64,000 nucleotides of DNA from Tubiluchus corallicola (lineage: Eukaryota; Animalia; Priapulida), in assembly GCA_030141605.1 (NCBI GenBank), contig JAQGDQ010000761.1:1-64000 (forward strand), read 5' to 3'. Under the pieces are notes generated by a model. That model did not search any database. It worked only from the letters and a program-made list of their open reading frames with translations, and was not told the DNA's origin. Position 1 is the first letter of the stretch. Each line of letters begins with the position of its first letter. Shown one piece after another: positions 24,964 to 39,401 of this stretch. Made by a program: the position numbers and the translations under genes.

Positions 24964-25353
24964 TTTCCGCCATAGCAACGTGATTCGAACATGAATCGCT
25001 GAAAAATATGTTTGAAAAAGTATCGGTTCACGCTGATTATTTTTTCAACCCTTTCCAACTTCCCCGACTTTCCCCCCATTTTCATAATTTCCCTGACTTT
25101 TTACCAAATTATCTCTTTCCCCGACCTTTCCATGACTTTCCAGGATAGCCTGTACTTTCAAGGACTTTCAAGGATTTTCGCTGGCCGCTGTGCGACATAC
25201 TTAGTAAAATCAAAATTATGATCTAAAAGTTCCAGGGGATGAAACAATACTAGCAACTGCCCTCAAAACGTAAGTCAACATTGATTGTGAATTCCCTGAA
25301 CTTGCACTCGGTATCATCAATTCAAATTTGTGAAATCAAAAACTTGAGGGGTC

Positions 25354-25888
25354 TAGAAGGGAACGTGTGCAAATTCTGCGGGAGTTCAGACGATCATTTC
25401 TCATTAAGTTCAATATTTGCCCAAAAAAAGGAGAAATCATCAGAGACCAGAGAATATTTCAGGCACGCATTAAAGGAAAACATAACTATATAAGTTTGTG
25501 GAACGAACACGAAATTGTGTTTGTGTGGTAATAATTCTTTCACGTAAGTCATTTTGCAAATATTTTGTAAGAAATATTGTTAAGTTTTTTCTGTCTACTT
25601 TGCACCAGAATGAAGTGAAATTTTCTATTGAATTTACTACATATGCACTTAATGAAAGCTAACATCTTTGCACACAGCCGTAACTTACGTTAATTTTAAG
25701 AATTTAAGAACTCTTCCAAGATTTCCCATATTGTTGTTTATACTGTCATCAAAAGTAGAAGGGAACGTGTGCAAATTCTGCGGGAGTTCAGACGATCATT
25801 TCTCATTAAGTTCAATATTTGCCCAAAAAAAGGAGAAATCATCAGAGACCAGAGAATATTTCAGGCACGCATTAAAGGAAAACATAAC
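25354..25888. repeat. 133-bp direct duplication enclosing a ~265-bp inverted copy of 23797-24060
   Basis: 25354-25486 appears identical to 25756-25888; 25493-25755 is the diverged reverse complement of 23797-24060. Confidence 0.9.
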
Positions 25889-25974
25889 GTAATTTCACAC
25901 CCATGTGCAAAATGTCTTAAAGAAAACATGCTTCATAAATACAGTTTAAAAATTCGTCTTGGAATAATAACGAA

Positions 25975-26500
25975 TAATCAATCAATCAATCAATCAATTT
26001 ATTTCACTCCAGCAATACATATACAATACATCAACACACAATATTATTGAAACAAAAAAAACAGTATAAGTAAAAAAACGTTGATGAAGTCAAATTAACC
26101 AAATAAAAGAGTTGCTGTATGACACCTTGAAAGTTTGGCTTGCTAAGGTGGCACAAATGAGTGAATGAAAGAATGGTTAAGGTTAGTAGACATGATGGAA
26201 TAGAAAAAATAGTAAGATTAGGGATAGGAAGAAGGAAGGGAGGGGAGGATGAGTGAATGAAAGAATGGTTAGGGTTAGTAGACATGATGGAAAGGAAAAA
26301 AATAGTAAGACTAGGGATAGGAAGAAGAAAAAGAGGAGAAGAAACGAACCACAGTGTATGTTTAATTTACATAGAAGTATATTAAAATAGCATTATAATT
26401 GATTGGAGGCCATATATTGCGACTGCATGAGACATGGAAGCATTAAAATTGTATTATAAGTATGAATCAAAAATGGTCCTTTTCAAGTAGTTTTTGAAAA
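25975..26500 (-). mobile_element. LINE 3' fragment, copy 2
   Basis: Highly similar to 21087-21615, same (ATTG)n tail, shorter 5' extent. Confidence 0.75.
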
Positions 26501-28190
26501 ACTAATCACCAACAATAAATACCACTATGGATTTAGCCGGAATGTGGAATAATACTCTCCTTTAAATAATTATTTTCCTTTAAATGATTTATAAGTTAAA
26601 GGAGAAGAAAAGGGAAATTTATCCCAAAGAATTTTCCATAAAAAGTTTTATTACTTAATATTACGTTGACCTTTTTGAAAGACTTAGGAAACTGGAAAAA
26701 AATCATAATAATTTCAAATGTTAACGCCGCGCTGAAAAACGGCACTGCAACGCCATCCCAGCGTACACCACTGACTCACTGCATTGCCATCCCAGCATGC
26801 ACCACTGACTCACCAACAAACACCTTTTTACAGTCATACCTCTGTTTTCGACCATAATTCGTTCCTAAAAGGTGTTTGAAAACCGTTTTGGTTGAGAACC
26901 GAATCATTTATTCCCCCTAAGAAATAATGTAAAAGCAAATAATCCGTTCTCAAGCACCAAATGAACTGTAAAAGTATTACTAAAACGAAATATAATAATG
27001 CAAAAATGTTTATTCAAATAGTAGATATGATATAATTGATAAGAAAAACATAACAGAATTCCTTAGAAAGAAAAACATAATTATTCTTTCTGGTCTATAA
27101 ATGGCACTACTGGTCTTCCAAAAACTCGTAATTCCGCGTATCCGCGGAAAATTCTCATCCCTGCAAATCTCAAGGCCTGTTATTATCTGTATTATCATTT
27201 ATTTGCTACAACTAATGGTCAGGTATAAGTTTTACTTGCAAAAACTATTTATAATTATTATAAGCTATTAAATGTACACGTTACAGCTTTGTAGACAACC
27301 AACTATACAGAAACAAAATACCACAGCCACAGCTGGATTGCAACACGACAAACCATTCCCATACTCTCCATGAATACAAGTGGGCACTTTCCATGTAGCC
27401 AAATAGCAATTTCCAGCGTTCTCTTGACAATAGAAAAGCTTAACAACAGCCGAAGTTTTGCACACCGGATTGGATAAATTGTTTCCGTAAATCAAATTGC
27501 ACCTTTACCACTGGGTGCCGTAATTTAACGGCAATTGCAAACTTTAATACTTTTCTTCATCAAGTGAAGTTCGCGCTACTCATATATCATTTAACGTCGT
27601 TATTTGTTGAGTTTTATCAGATGTTCAGCAATGTAGCGTCAGCAGAATTACAAAATGAGAAATTTATTAGGCTGTCAGCAACACGGTGCATTAATTAATG
27701 AAATGTGTGGAATTTAATATTTATTTTTGAATATAAATCAATTTTGAATGATCATAAATGATTTTTAAATATTCAAAATTGATTCGTGTGCGGCGTAATT
27801 TTTTATGTGCTTTCAGCAAGCTGTGATACAACATTCAGCGGGAGGGGGTTGTTGAATGGTGGTGGCAGGACTGAAACCTCTCTGTCTAAAATAAATAATC
27901 ATCTTAGAAGAAACGCTGAAGTGTCTTAATGACATACAGACGTACATGCAGTACAGTAGATGAAACCCCTAAAAGCAGTTTTTCTGGCAGTCACCCATCC
28001 AGGTACCAATCAGCAAACAGGCTACGCAGTGCTTAATTTCATAACTTATTGTATATCGTAATCACTTAGACATTCTCTTCATTTTGTCATGTAATGCTTG
28101 ACAGCAATGGCTGATAATCTTTTGCATAAATTTAAAAACTGAAACTATTGATATTAACACTACGAGTACTGGAGAACTGCCATCTGCACT

Positions 28191-28699
28191 GGTTGGCATC
28201 CTTCTGTCTCAGAAGACAATGGAGTGTGCGCCAAGAAAGTCAGTTATTGATCACATTGATGGAGCTGCAGCGTCGACTGTGGCTGAGCAGTGCGATCTTT
28301 GAACGTCTCCAGGGCGCACGCCTGGGCATGGTGTATTGGAGATCCTGAGTTGCCCAGGCAACAGGAACCCCCTCTCTTCCTCCCTGGTGTAGTCCAAAGA
28401 AAAGCGGAGCGATACGTTTGGCACCAGGTTGGCTGTTGCAGCTGCCGGAGTCAGTGAGCATGCTGCACTGATCCGCCTTCGGGGCTCCACTCCTGATCTG
28501 GAAGGTTTACTCCTCTACATATGACCGTTGGGTCACTTGACCTCCTCCGCCCTCTGGGGGAGGCTGCTTGTGCAAGCTCCTCCGCCTACTGTCGAGATAC
28601 AGTGTGGGCATCCCGCAAGCCTACAGCACCTGGTATTCCTAGGCAGTCACCCATCCAAGTACTAACCAGGCTCTACGTTGCTTAACTTCGTTGATCAGA
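28191..28699 (-). mobile_element. 5S-SINE copy D (truncated within the 5S head) with 13-bp TSD
   Basis: Reverse complement of copy A from ~5S nt 40 to the tail; flanked by tgccatctgcact (28178-28190) and tgccacctgcact (28700-28712). Confidence 0.92.
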
Positions 28700-28762
28700 T
28701 GCCACCTGCACTAGACCTGCAAGTAATGAGTAACACATTCCTATTTACTCAAAATTAGTTAC

Positions 28763-28970
28763 CTTTCAACGCGATGACCTTGCTGGTGGGATTCATGATG
28801 GCCGAATCGGCAGTGATTGGTCGTCGGATGGGATTCTGCGGGTCGCTCATGTCCAAGATGACCACCTGAGACTGTTCCCCCACCTTCTCTCTGATGCAGA
28901 TGTACTTGTCCGACTCCATGGTCAGAGTGCTGAAGCCGATGTTAGCTGGGTTGATGCCCAGATTGGTTAG
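28763..28970 (-). CDS. CLTC: Clathrin heavy chain coding exon 2 ([22 protein letters not shown]...KVIALK); not in ORF track
   Basis: 208 nt, cattttag|CTA ACC AAT...AAA G|gtaact; translated by hand. Confidence 0.97.
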
Positions 28971-29027
28971 CTAAAATGAAAACAAATTAAAGTATATTAG
29001 CAAATGTCTAAAATGCCAAGTGAATAC

Positions 29028-29781
29028 AGAACAAGAAAGTCCCAAAGTGCATGGAACACTCTAGATATTTTTAATAAATTTGCTAAAGAATATGATATCC
29101 TTGTAAATGTGAATAAGACTAAACTTGTCACGTTTCGCTCCACCCACATGCAGCAGTTTACTTTTGGGTCTGTTGTTTTGCAGTGTAAAAGTTTTGTACC
29201 TAGTAAAAAGGAAAAATACCTGGGTCATATTTTATCAGATGACAATAGAGATGATTTAGATATATTACGACAATGTTCAATTTACTATGGTAGAGCAAAT
29301 AAATTACTCATGAAATTTACTCACTGTTCAGTTAACGTGAAGAGACAATTGTTTAATGCTTACTGCACTACTTTTTATTGTATGTCCACTTGGAGACATT
29401 TTTATTCTTACAATCTTAGCAAACTCAAAGTTGCATATAATGTATCAACACGGAAGCTGTTTAACTTTTCATATGATACGAGCGCCAGATATATTTCTAC
29501 TAGATGTAATATTATTTATTTTGATGCGATTCACAGAAAATGTGCATACAGTTCACTCGTCAGGCTGAATTAGAGTGAAAATTTTATATGCAAGAACATT
29601 TTAAACAGTGATGTAAACTTTACTTCTGTAATTAGACGTCATTGACATAGTTTGTTATATCGTTAATTGTTATTTGTGTTATTGTCGTGTGTCATAATTT
29701 ACTGTTTTATTTGTATTAATTTGTGATGTGTATATGAACTTTGTGAAGTTTGAAATAAAATATTAAATCAAAATCAAAATC
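29028..29781 (+). mobile_element. 5'-truncated LINE: RT C-terminal region plus 3' UTR (RTE-X/Proto2-like, tentative)
   Basis: ORF 29004-29573 has LxxFxKEYDIxVNxxKTK...KYLG...DDLDILRQ...RANKL...VKRQLFNAYC...W motifs typical of non-LTR RT C-termini; ends aataaaa-(aaatca)n. Confidence 0.8.
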
Positions 29782-29824
29782 TAGATACTGACTAATAACA
29801 GGAGAAAGGATGTAATCTAGTGAG

Positions 29825-32800
29825 GACACTGACTCATCCAAAGCTATCAAGATACGAACAAGATTCTTAATGAATTATGATGCTTCTTCAACACAGGGAG
29901 AATTTTTCCATCAAGTCAGATCATGCATAGCAGTATAGACACTGAATCATCCACTGCTATCAACATACGAACAAGATTCTTAATGAGTTATGATGCTTCT
30001 TCAACACAGGGAGAATTTTTCCATCAAGTCAGATCATGCATGCCAGTATAGAGACTGAATCATCCAAAGCTATCAAGATACGAACAAGATTCTTAATGAG
30101 TTATGATGCTTCTTCAACACAAGGAGAATTTTTCCATCAAGTCATACCATGCATACCAGTATAGAGACTGAATCATCCAATGCTATCAAGATACGAACAA
30201 GATTTTTAATGAATTATGATGCTTCTTCAACACAGGGAGAATTTTTTCATCAAGTCAGATCATGCATACCAGTATAGAGACTGAATCATCCAATGCTATC
30301 AAGATACGAACAAGACTTTTAATGAGTTATGATGCTTCTTCAACACAGGGAGAATTTTTCCATCAAGTCAGATCATGCATAGCAGTATAGACACTGAATC
30401 ATCCAATGCTATCAACATACGAACAAGATTCTTAATGAGTTATGATGCTTCTTCAACACAGGGAGAATTTTTCCATCAAGTCAGATCATGCATAGCAGTA
30501 TAGAGACTGAATCATCCAATGCTATCAAGATACGAACAAGATTCTTAATGAGTTATGATGCTTCTTCAACACAGGGAGAATTTTTCCATCAAGTCAGATC
30601 ATGCATACCAGTATAGACACTGAATCATCCAAAGCTATCAAGATACGAACAAGATTCTTAACGAGTTATGATGCTTCTTCAACACAAGGAGAATTTTTCC
30701 ATCAAGGCATGTCATGCATAGCAGTGTAGACACTGAATCATCCAATGCTATCAAGATACGAACAAGATTCTTAATGAATTATGATGCTTCTTCAACACAG
30801 GGAGAATTTTTCCATCAAGTCAGATCATGCATACCAGTATAGACACTGAATCATCCAAAGCTATCAAGATACGAACAAGATTCTTAATGAGCTATGATGC
30901 TTCTTCAACACAAGGAGAATTTTTCCATCAAGGCATGTCAGGCATACCAGTATAGACACTGAATCATCCAATGCTATCAAGATACGAACAAGATTCTTAA
31001 TGAGTTATGATGCTTCTTCAACACAGGGAGAATTTTTCCATCAAGTCAGATCATGCATAGCAGTATAGACACTGAATCATCCAAAGCTATCAAGATACGA
31101 ACAAGATTCTTAATGAATTATGATGCTTCTTCAACACAGGGAGAATTTTTCCATCAAGTCAGATCATGCATAGCAGTATAGACACTGAATCATCCACTGC
31201 TATCAACATACGAACAAGATTCTTAATGAGTTATGATGCTTCTTCAACACAGGGAGAATTTTTCCATCAAGTCAGATCATGCATGCCAGTATAGAGACTG
31301 AATCATCCAAAGCTATCAAGATACGAACAAGATTCTTAATGAGTTATGATGCTTCTTCAACACAAGGAGAATTTTTCCATCAAGTCATACCATGCATACC
31401 AGTATAGAGACTGAATCATCCAATGCTATCAAGATACGAACAAGATTTTTAATGAATTATGATGCTTCTTCAACACAGGGAGAATTTTTCCATCAAGTCA
31501 GATCATGCATACCAGTATAGACACTGAATCATCCAAAGCTATCAAGATACGAACAAGATTCTTAATGAGCTATGATGCTTCTTCAACACAAGGAGAATTT
31601 TTCCATCAAGGCATGTCAGGCATACCAGTATAGACACTGAATCATCCAATGCTATCAAGATACGAACAAGATTCTTAATGAGTTATGATGCTTCTTCAAC
31701 ACAGGGAGAATTTTTCCATCAAGTCAGATCATGCATACCAGTATAGACACTGAATCATCCAAAGCTATCAAGATACGAACAAGATTCTTAATGAGCTATG
31801 ATGCTTCTTCAACACAAGGAGAATTTTTCCATCAAGGCATGTCAGGTATACCAGTATAGACACTGAATCATCCAATGCTATCAAGATACGAACAAGATTC
31901 TTAATGAGTTATGATGCTTCTTCAACACAGGGAGAATTTTTCCATCAAGTCAGATCATGCATAGCAGTATAGACACTGAATCATCCAAAGCTATCAAGAT
32001 ACGAACAAGATTCTTAATGAGTTATGATGCTTCTTCAACACAAGGAGAATTTTTCCATCAAGTCAGATCATGCATACCAGTATAGAGACTGAATCATCCA
32101 AAGCTATCAAGATACGAACAAGATTCTTAATGAATTATGATGCTTCTTCAACACAGGGAGAATTTTTCCATCAAGTCAGATCATGCATAGCAGTATAGAC
32201 ACTGAATCATCCAATGCTATCAACATACGAACAAGATTCTTAATGAGTTATGATGCTTCTTCAACACAGGGAGAATTTTTCCATCAAACCAGATCATGCA
32301 TGCCAGTATAGAGACTGAATCATCCAAAGCTATCAAGATACGAACAAGATTCTTAATGAGTTATGATGTTTCTTCAACACAAGGAGAATTTTTCCATCAA
32401 GTCAGATCATGCATACCAGTATAGAGACTGAATCATCCAAAGTTATCAAGATACGAACAAGATTCTTAATGAATTATGATGCTTCTTCAACACAGGGAGA
32501 ATTTTTCCATCAAGTCAGATCATGCATAGCAGTATAGACACTGAATCATCCACTGCTATGAACATACGAACAAGATTCTTAATGAGTTATGATGCTTCTT
32601 CAACACAGGGAGAATTTTTCCATCAAGTCAGATCATGCATACCAGTATAGAGACTGAATCATCCAATGCTATCAAGATACGAACAAGATTCTTAATGAGT
32701 TATGATGCTTCTTCAACACAGGGAGAATTTTTCCATCAAGTCAGATCATGCATAGCAGTATAGACACTGAATCATCCAATGCTATCAAGATACGAACAAG

Positions 32801-33660
32801 ATTCTTAATGAATTATGATGCTTCTTCAACACAGGGAGAATTTTTCCATCAAGTCAGATCATGCATACCAGTATAGAGACTGAATCATCCAATGCTATCA
32901 AGATACGAACAAGATTCTTAATGAGTTATGATGCTTCTTCAACACAGGGAGAATTTTTCCATCAAGTCAGATCATGCATAGCAGTATAGACACTGAATCA
33001 TCCACTGCTATCAACATACGAACAAGATTCTTAATGAGTTATGATGCTTCTTCAACACAGGGAGAATTTTTCCATCAAGTCAGATCATGCATAGCAGTAT
33101 AGACACTGAATCATCCAATGTTATAACATACGAACAAGATTCTTAATGAGTTATGATGCTTCTTCAACACAGGGAGAATTTTTCCATCAAGTCAGATCAT
33201 GCATACCAGTATAGAGACTGAATCATCCAATGCTATCAAGATACGAACAAGATTCTTAATGAGTTATGATGCTTCTTCAACACAGGGAGAATTTTTCCAT
33301 CAAGTCAGATCATGCATACCAGTATAGAGACTGAATCATCCAATGCTATCAAGATACGAACAAGATTCTTAATGAGTTATGATGCTTCTTCAACACAGGG
33401 AGAATTTTTCCATCAAGGCATGTCATGCATACCAGTATAGACACTGAATCATCCAATGCTATCAAGATACGAACAAGATTCTTAAAGAATTATGATGCTT
33501 CTTCAACACAGGGAGAATTTTTCCATCAAGGCATGTCATGCATAGCAGTATAGACACTGAATCATCCAATGCTATCAAGATACGAACAAGATTCTTAATG
33601 AATTATGATGCTTCTTCAACACAGGAAGAATTTTTCCATCATCATGCCAGGTCATGCATG
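29825..33660. repeat. 113-bp satellite array (~34 copies)
   Basis: actgaat recurs at 29941, 30054 and 30167 (period 113); unit gacactgaatcatccaa(a/t)gctatcaagatacgaacaag...catgcat(a/c)cagtata. Confidence 0.97.
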
Positions 33661-35579
33661 ACATGATGGATATTAAATCATCACATGTCATCTAAATACA
33701 AACAAGGTTATTTAATTTGAGATGTGATGCTTCTTCAGTACAAGGAGAATTTTTGTACCAAGCCAGGTCACGTATGCCAGTATGGACACTAAGCACAACC
33801 AACATGAAGTGAACGTCGATAATGGGTAACCGGGAGTCTATTTGGTCAGCAAACACAGCGACATGTAAAATCAAATCTCAAAGGAAAGTGGTTTCAATAG
33901 CATATATCCTCTCTTGCTGAGAAGAATCTGAAGCCTTTTACAAATTACTTCAAGTGCGAGTTACTGTTAGATCAAAGAAAGTGGCTTCGAAGTCACCCGG
34001 CTTCTAAAAGACTTTTCAGTAAAATTCTTTATGGACTTTGTGTTTTGCAAGTGAAGATCACGATGTACTTGTTATAAGATTTCAATGTTACAAAACTTTC
34101 AAGCTTATGTACTCAAGCTTGCATTATGTACTTTTCTATATTGGACTGTTGTCCGCTTTTAACGGAGGCAGGGCGGATGGCGCCACGGCCCACACCGTGC
34201 GGCATGTCCCAATTAAGTCATTCACGCCTCACCCAAAACAAAACCCGAACAATAGAGTTGCAATGATAATTTTATTACTACATATCACACCCCCAATAAG
34301 GAACAAACAGCTTACCTAGAAGAACGGAGTTTGCGGCAAAGCCTGTGAAATGTGAACAGAGCTGCAATGAAAGACACGACCTTTGACAAGGGTCTACAGC
34401 AGACCTTCTCTTTTTATAAGCTCAGGTGTGCACGTGACTAGTGGCTTAAGGCCACGTTTCCCCTGCCAGTATTACATTTCATTCCACCACAGCCCTGTAG
34501 TACAATATTATATCATGTACTGCACTTTAATTTGAAAATGTTTTTCTACCAGGTCTTTGCTATGATGAATACACAATTACGTAAGCTATGACGTTGATCC
34601 TATATGCTGCATCTAAATGTTTTTGTTTATCGTACTTTCAAGATCACTTGATTTTTTGATTTCTTAACAAAAAGGGTTTGAGTTATTGTTTACACGTTAC
34701 GTTACCTATTAACAAACTATGTACGATTAGATAGAGAATTTCACAGGCTTTCTAACCGTGTATTACACGACTAAATTCGCTGAAGTACAGCAACGAAAAT
34801 GGGTTTTTGGACTCCGGAGGAAGTATCGTTGCAAGTCCGAATATGGCGATTTTACAACTAGGGTTTGAGTTATTTTTTACACGTTACGTTACTTTTGAAC
34901 AAACCATGTATGGTTAGGTATAGAATTTCACGCGCCTTCTAACCGTGTATTACACGACTACATTTGCTTAAGTACTGCGTTCGTAATGGCGGTTGAATGT
35001 ACGAATCCGTGTTTGTGGATTCCGGAGGAAGTATCGTTGCAAATCTGAATATGTCGATCTAACCCTATACCATGAAATACATATTAAAGAATTACAATGA
35101 AAAAGTGTATATTTATCACTTACATTGATAAAAGTATATTTATCTATTGAAATTACAACACACACGTACGAGCAGGAAAAATTGCACAACATAAAGATTT
35201 CATTTATCAAATTTTCTATGCAAATTTGAATTTTATTACTTCATTTCACGAGATATTTTGACAGGTTAGACAAAATTGCCAAAAACATCTTGTAACACTT
35301 AAAAAGCAATGCATAAACTCAGGAAAAAAATCTGTTTGAAATAAATGGCTCTCCGAAGATTTAAAGAATATCTCTACTGCACATATCTCTACAGATTTTT
35401 CCTGGATTTGTCTCCAAAATTCAAGAATCAAAAAACCCTAATGGATCTCGCGTGATTATAAATCTAAGCCACGTTAGGGACAGCAGCTGAAAATGACAAA
35501 TTAAGCAACGCATTTGAATTGAAATATCATGAAATACCAGGAATAATGTTTTGTTTTTGGCATTTAAGCCATCTGATAT

Positions 35580-35980
35580 TTCTGCAAAATATCAAAAATT
35601 TATTTCGAAGAATAAACTACTTACCAATATCGAGAGGAAAATTAGCTATCAATTTTTTTTACGTAATTATGCACATATATTGCATATATACACATCTCAA
35701 TATGCATATTTTTTTGCCAAAGTATCAAAAATTTATTTCAAAGAATAAACTACTTACCAATATCGAGAGGAACATTGGATATCAATTTTTTTTACGTACA
35801 TATGCACATACATTGCATATATACATATCTGCATATGCATTTTTTTTGCCAAAGTTTCAAAAATTTATTTCAAAGAATAAACTACTTAAAAATATAGAAA
35901 GGAAAATTGGATATCAATTTTTTTTTACATACTTATGCACATATATTGCATATATACATATCTGCATATGCATTTTTTTG
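35580..35980. repeat. ~135-bp degenerate tandem repeat (3 copies)
   Basis: caaaaatttatttc(g/a)aagaataaactactta...tatgcatattttttt repeated three times. Confidence 0.8.
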
Positions 35981-38900
35981 CATTAACACGATTATTTATT
36001 GAAATATTCATATTATTCACACAGTATTCTCATTCGTACTAAATATTAGATAATCAAAATATATAGCACGGCCTATACAAACCTTAAATCATTGTTATGG
36101 TAAATTTTAATAAATCCTCATAACATTAAGCGGGTAATATATAATATAATATATATATATATATTACAAATTGCCAATATAATTGTGCCAATATCAACAA
36201 GGTACAAAAGCCTGACTGTAAACATCATCATCATCATCATCATCAACTAATTATCTCATTTTTATGATTAGGGGAATCTACTAACCATCACATGGTGTCT
36301 TTAACCCTTCCTGCCTCATCTGAAGCAATTTCGAGTCCACCAAACTGCAGATGGTGCACCACAGGGTATCACGCTCGGACCCATTTCATTTGCACCCTTA
36401 AATCAACCTACCAGCGTATGCATAACTTTTCGATACAATTATATATTTTTATTATTAGAGTTTCGGCACAACAAATCTAGACACTAACCACTGATACCAC
36501 GGGAAGGGACGTCAAAGAGTTAATCCTCGAATCTTGTCATCTTTGAACAGAAATTGCAGCTCAATTGAAGCCCCGCTCTATAGAAGCCAAAGTAAACCGC
36601 CGACGCGTGAACTCTATCGACTGCACGAGAAATGCGATTTTTAACTAATCTATGTCGAATTTAAACATGATAAATCATCGTGAACGCTGAAATTACAGTT
36701 ACCTGATTAAACATAAATCATGTTAATTATTAACCACAGACACACAATGCAGGAATTTAATTACAGTGGGGCAAGACAGCATGTGTTATTTATTAGCATT
36801 AGATGTAAATCATGTAGATTGCACATAAGAAAAGCATCCAGGATTGACTAAAGAATTTTAACGTTGCTCCATGAATGTCGTGTTTGAAAAAGCATACGAA
36901 CAGATTAAGTGTCAAACACAAATTCTGGTGGCAACTCAGAGATTCAAATAGGTTTATTGAATTGAATTGAAGAAAGAATTGAAGGTCAAATTGAAGAAAG
37001 CGGCCACCAGGGGATGCCAAAATGCGACTCCTCTACATCAATACAGAATATAAGTAATCCATACCACATCCAGAGGGTTACTTATATATTTATTGAATAG
37101 CATAGGTTGACCCGAGATTGGCTGACCTCTGACCCGGCATCTCTGAGCTCTGAGCTGCGATTTCATTGGAGCGAAATGCATATTTTAGGCAATCAAGCAT
37201 GGCGAATTCATCGAAGACAATATTAAGAACTTCAGATCCAAGACACACAGGGTTGTGGGCCCGAAGGTGGCATGTTACCAACCAGAAAGACTGCTTGAAA
37301 GACTAGCAGTTACGTAACTAGAAAACAAAATTACAAATAATTTAAAATGTTTTCACCAGTTGGTAAAATGTCGCTGACTCACCCTCCAGGGTGCACCACT
37401 CACTAACCAAAAACGCATTTTTAATCCTATTGACAAGATACAGTAATTTAAAATTTTACTTAGTCAGTGACTTGTGCGCTACGAATGCTCTGATTATTTT
37501 CAAACTTTACTCAGTGTTATCTAAACTTGTTTCAAATGACTTATCGTCAAAATGGCTGCACCTAACAGTCATCGCGGGAGTTTAAATCAACACGTTTTAT
37601 ACGGCGATACTGCCGACGCAAGTCCTGTATATGCAAAAAGGCAGTAAGTGTGGTATAAAATTTCAAGAAGATTTTTTAAGCTTTATGTAAATGGATGGTT
37701 GTCTTGTGCTTTAAATTTATATGAAGTCAATGACGCGCGCTTTCTGTAAACTAGAAAGAAACCAGTTGACCTTGAAGCCGTTGGTGTACAATTCTGACAT
37801 CAGGGTGTCCTTCACGCGTCGTTTATTCGATTCAACAAGTCAAAATTCAAATATCCCCGCAATTTTCATGCAATAAATGCACACGCAACATGCAAGAACA
37901 TATCCTTGCTTCATAATACAGGGCACGTGCCCACTGAAGCCAATTACGTCTTTGTAAATGCAATTCGTTTCGTACTCATAATGATCGTCACTTAGCCTTG
38001 TGTGGAAATGGCGACCATTAATAAATAGAAATTTTATTAATCTCCCAAAGGACACATTCAGTAAAGGCACCGACCAATATCAAGTGAGCAACTGAAGTGG
38101 CGGTGTAAGCCAGCCTTTATAATCGGCTGAAGTGGAAAGTGACACCGAGCCAAACTAATAGACAGGCACACAGTGTCTGTACAAGCAGAAGTCAGCAGTG
38201 TCAAGCCACGTTACCGCTCAGTCTGCACAAACACGCACAAGGTTTAATTACTAAAACAGGCTTCGTTGGGAAGCCACACAAATTGCTTTGCATAATAGGC
38301 GTTTCCGTGTTACTGTTGCTAATCAGCGAGAGGTGTATCGCTGATGTCTCTCATACATACATAGTAGGGTAAACAAAATGATAAACTTAAAGGACAAGAA
38401 AAGGGATACCTGAAGTAGGTTTCAGACAAATCGCCTTAAAAAATTATATTACCTTATAGCAATCTTATCCGTATATCGTACTCGCACTGAAAGGAATTTT
38501 AGTTTGTTTTCATTTTAAATCTCACGCAATATTGTTCCGAAGTCGCCATTGCATGACGTCATGTACCAAACGTAAATCAAGGGAAGAAAAGGCAATGTTA
38601 AATTATGTCTCAAAAGACTTTCCGTGCAAATCTATATTACTTAGATTTTCACTTACCTACTAGAAGGACTTATGTAACTAGAAAAGAAAATTATTAATAA
38701 TTTAAAATGTTTTCACCAATTGGTAAAATGTCGTTGACTCACCCTCCATGGTGCACTACTCAGTGACAAAAAACGTATTTTTAATCTTATTGACAAGATA
38801 CAGTAATTTTAAATTTTATTTAGTTAGTGACTTGTGCGCTACGAATGCTCTAATTATTTTTTTCAAACTTTACACCATGTTATCTAAACTTGTTTCAAAT

Positions 38901-39011
38901 GACCTGTCGTGAAAATGGCTGCGTCTAACGGTCATCGCGGGTGTGAAAATTTACATGTTTTACACAAAGTGACTGCCGATTGAAGTCCTGCACGCAAAAA
39001 GGCAGTATGTA

Positions 39012-39401
39012 CAGGGCCTATTTCAGCCTAGGCGAGGCCCGGGGAAGTGGGGCATATGAGGCCCCATCTGGAAGCGCCGGGGAGCGGGCACTACCATGTT
39101 TGGCACCCAGAAAATTTTTGAACTGCTAGAACGTTGGAGAAGCATTTTCGAAGAGAAAATATGGAGTTATACAGTTGTTAAAGGAAAGAATAATTGAAAG
39201 AAAAACTGCTTTATTCTCAAGACCAGTCCTTAATACTTGTCAATACTGGCAAACGGCGTGCGTGCGGCAAGAGAGAGAGGGGGAGAGAGATGAGGCAATA
39301 TGTTCGCATAAAGCAAAGAAATGATACCTTGGCGCGAGGCCCCCTGGAGGGTGAGGCCCCGGGGAAGTATCCCCACTCCCCCCCCCTTGAAATAGGCCCT
39401 G
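39012..39401. mobile_element. hAT MITE with perfect 8-bp TSD
   Basis: TIR CAGGGCCTATTTCA; TSD agtatgta at 39004-39011 and 39402-39409. Confidence 0.93.

Noticed and set aside
29825-33660. Regular arrays (this one, 1-1563, 14651-15878) as CRISPR-like loci
   Set aside because: Units repeat in full with no unique spacers, there are no cas genes, and the context is spliceosomal introns.
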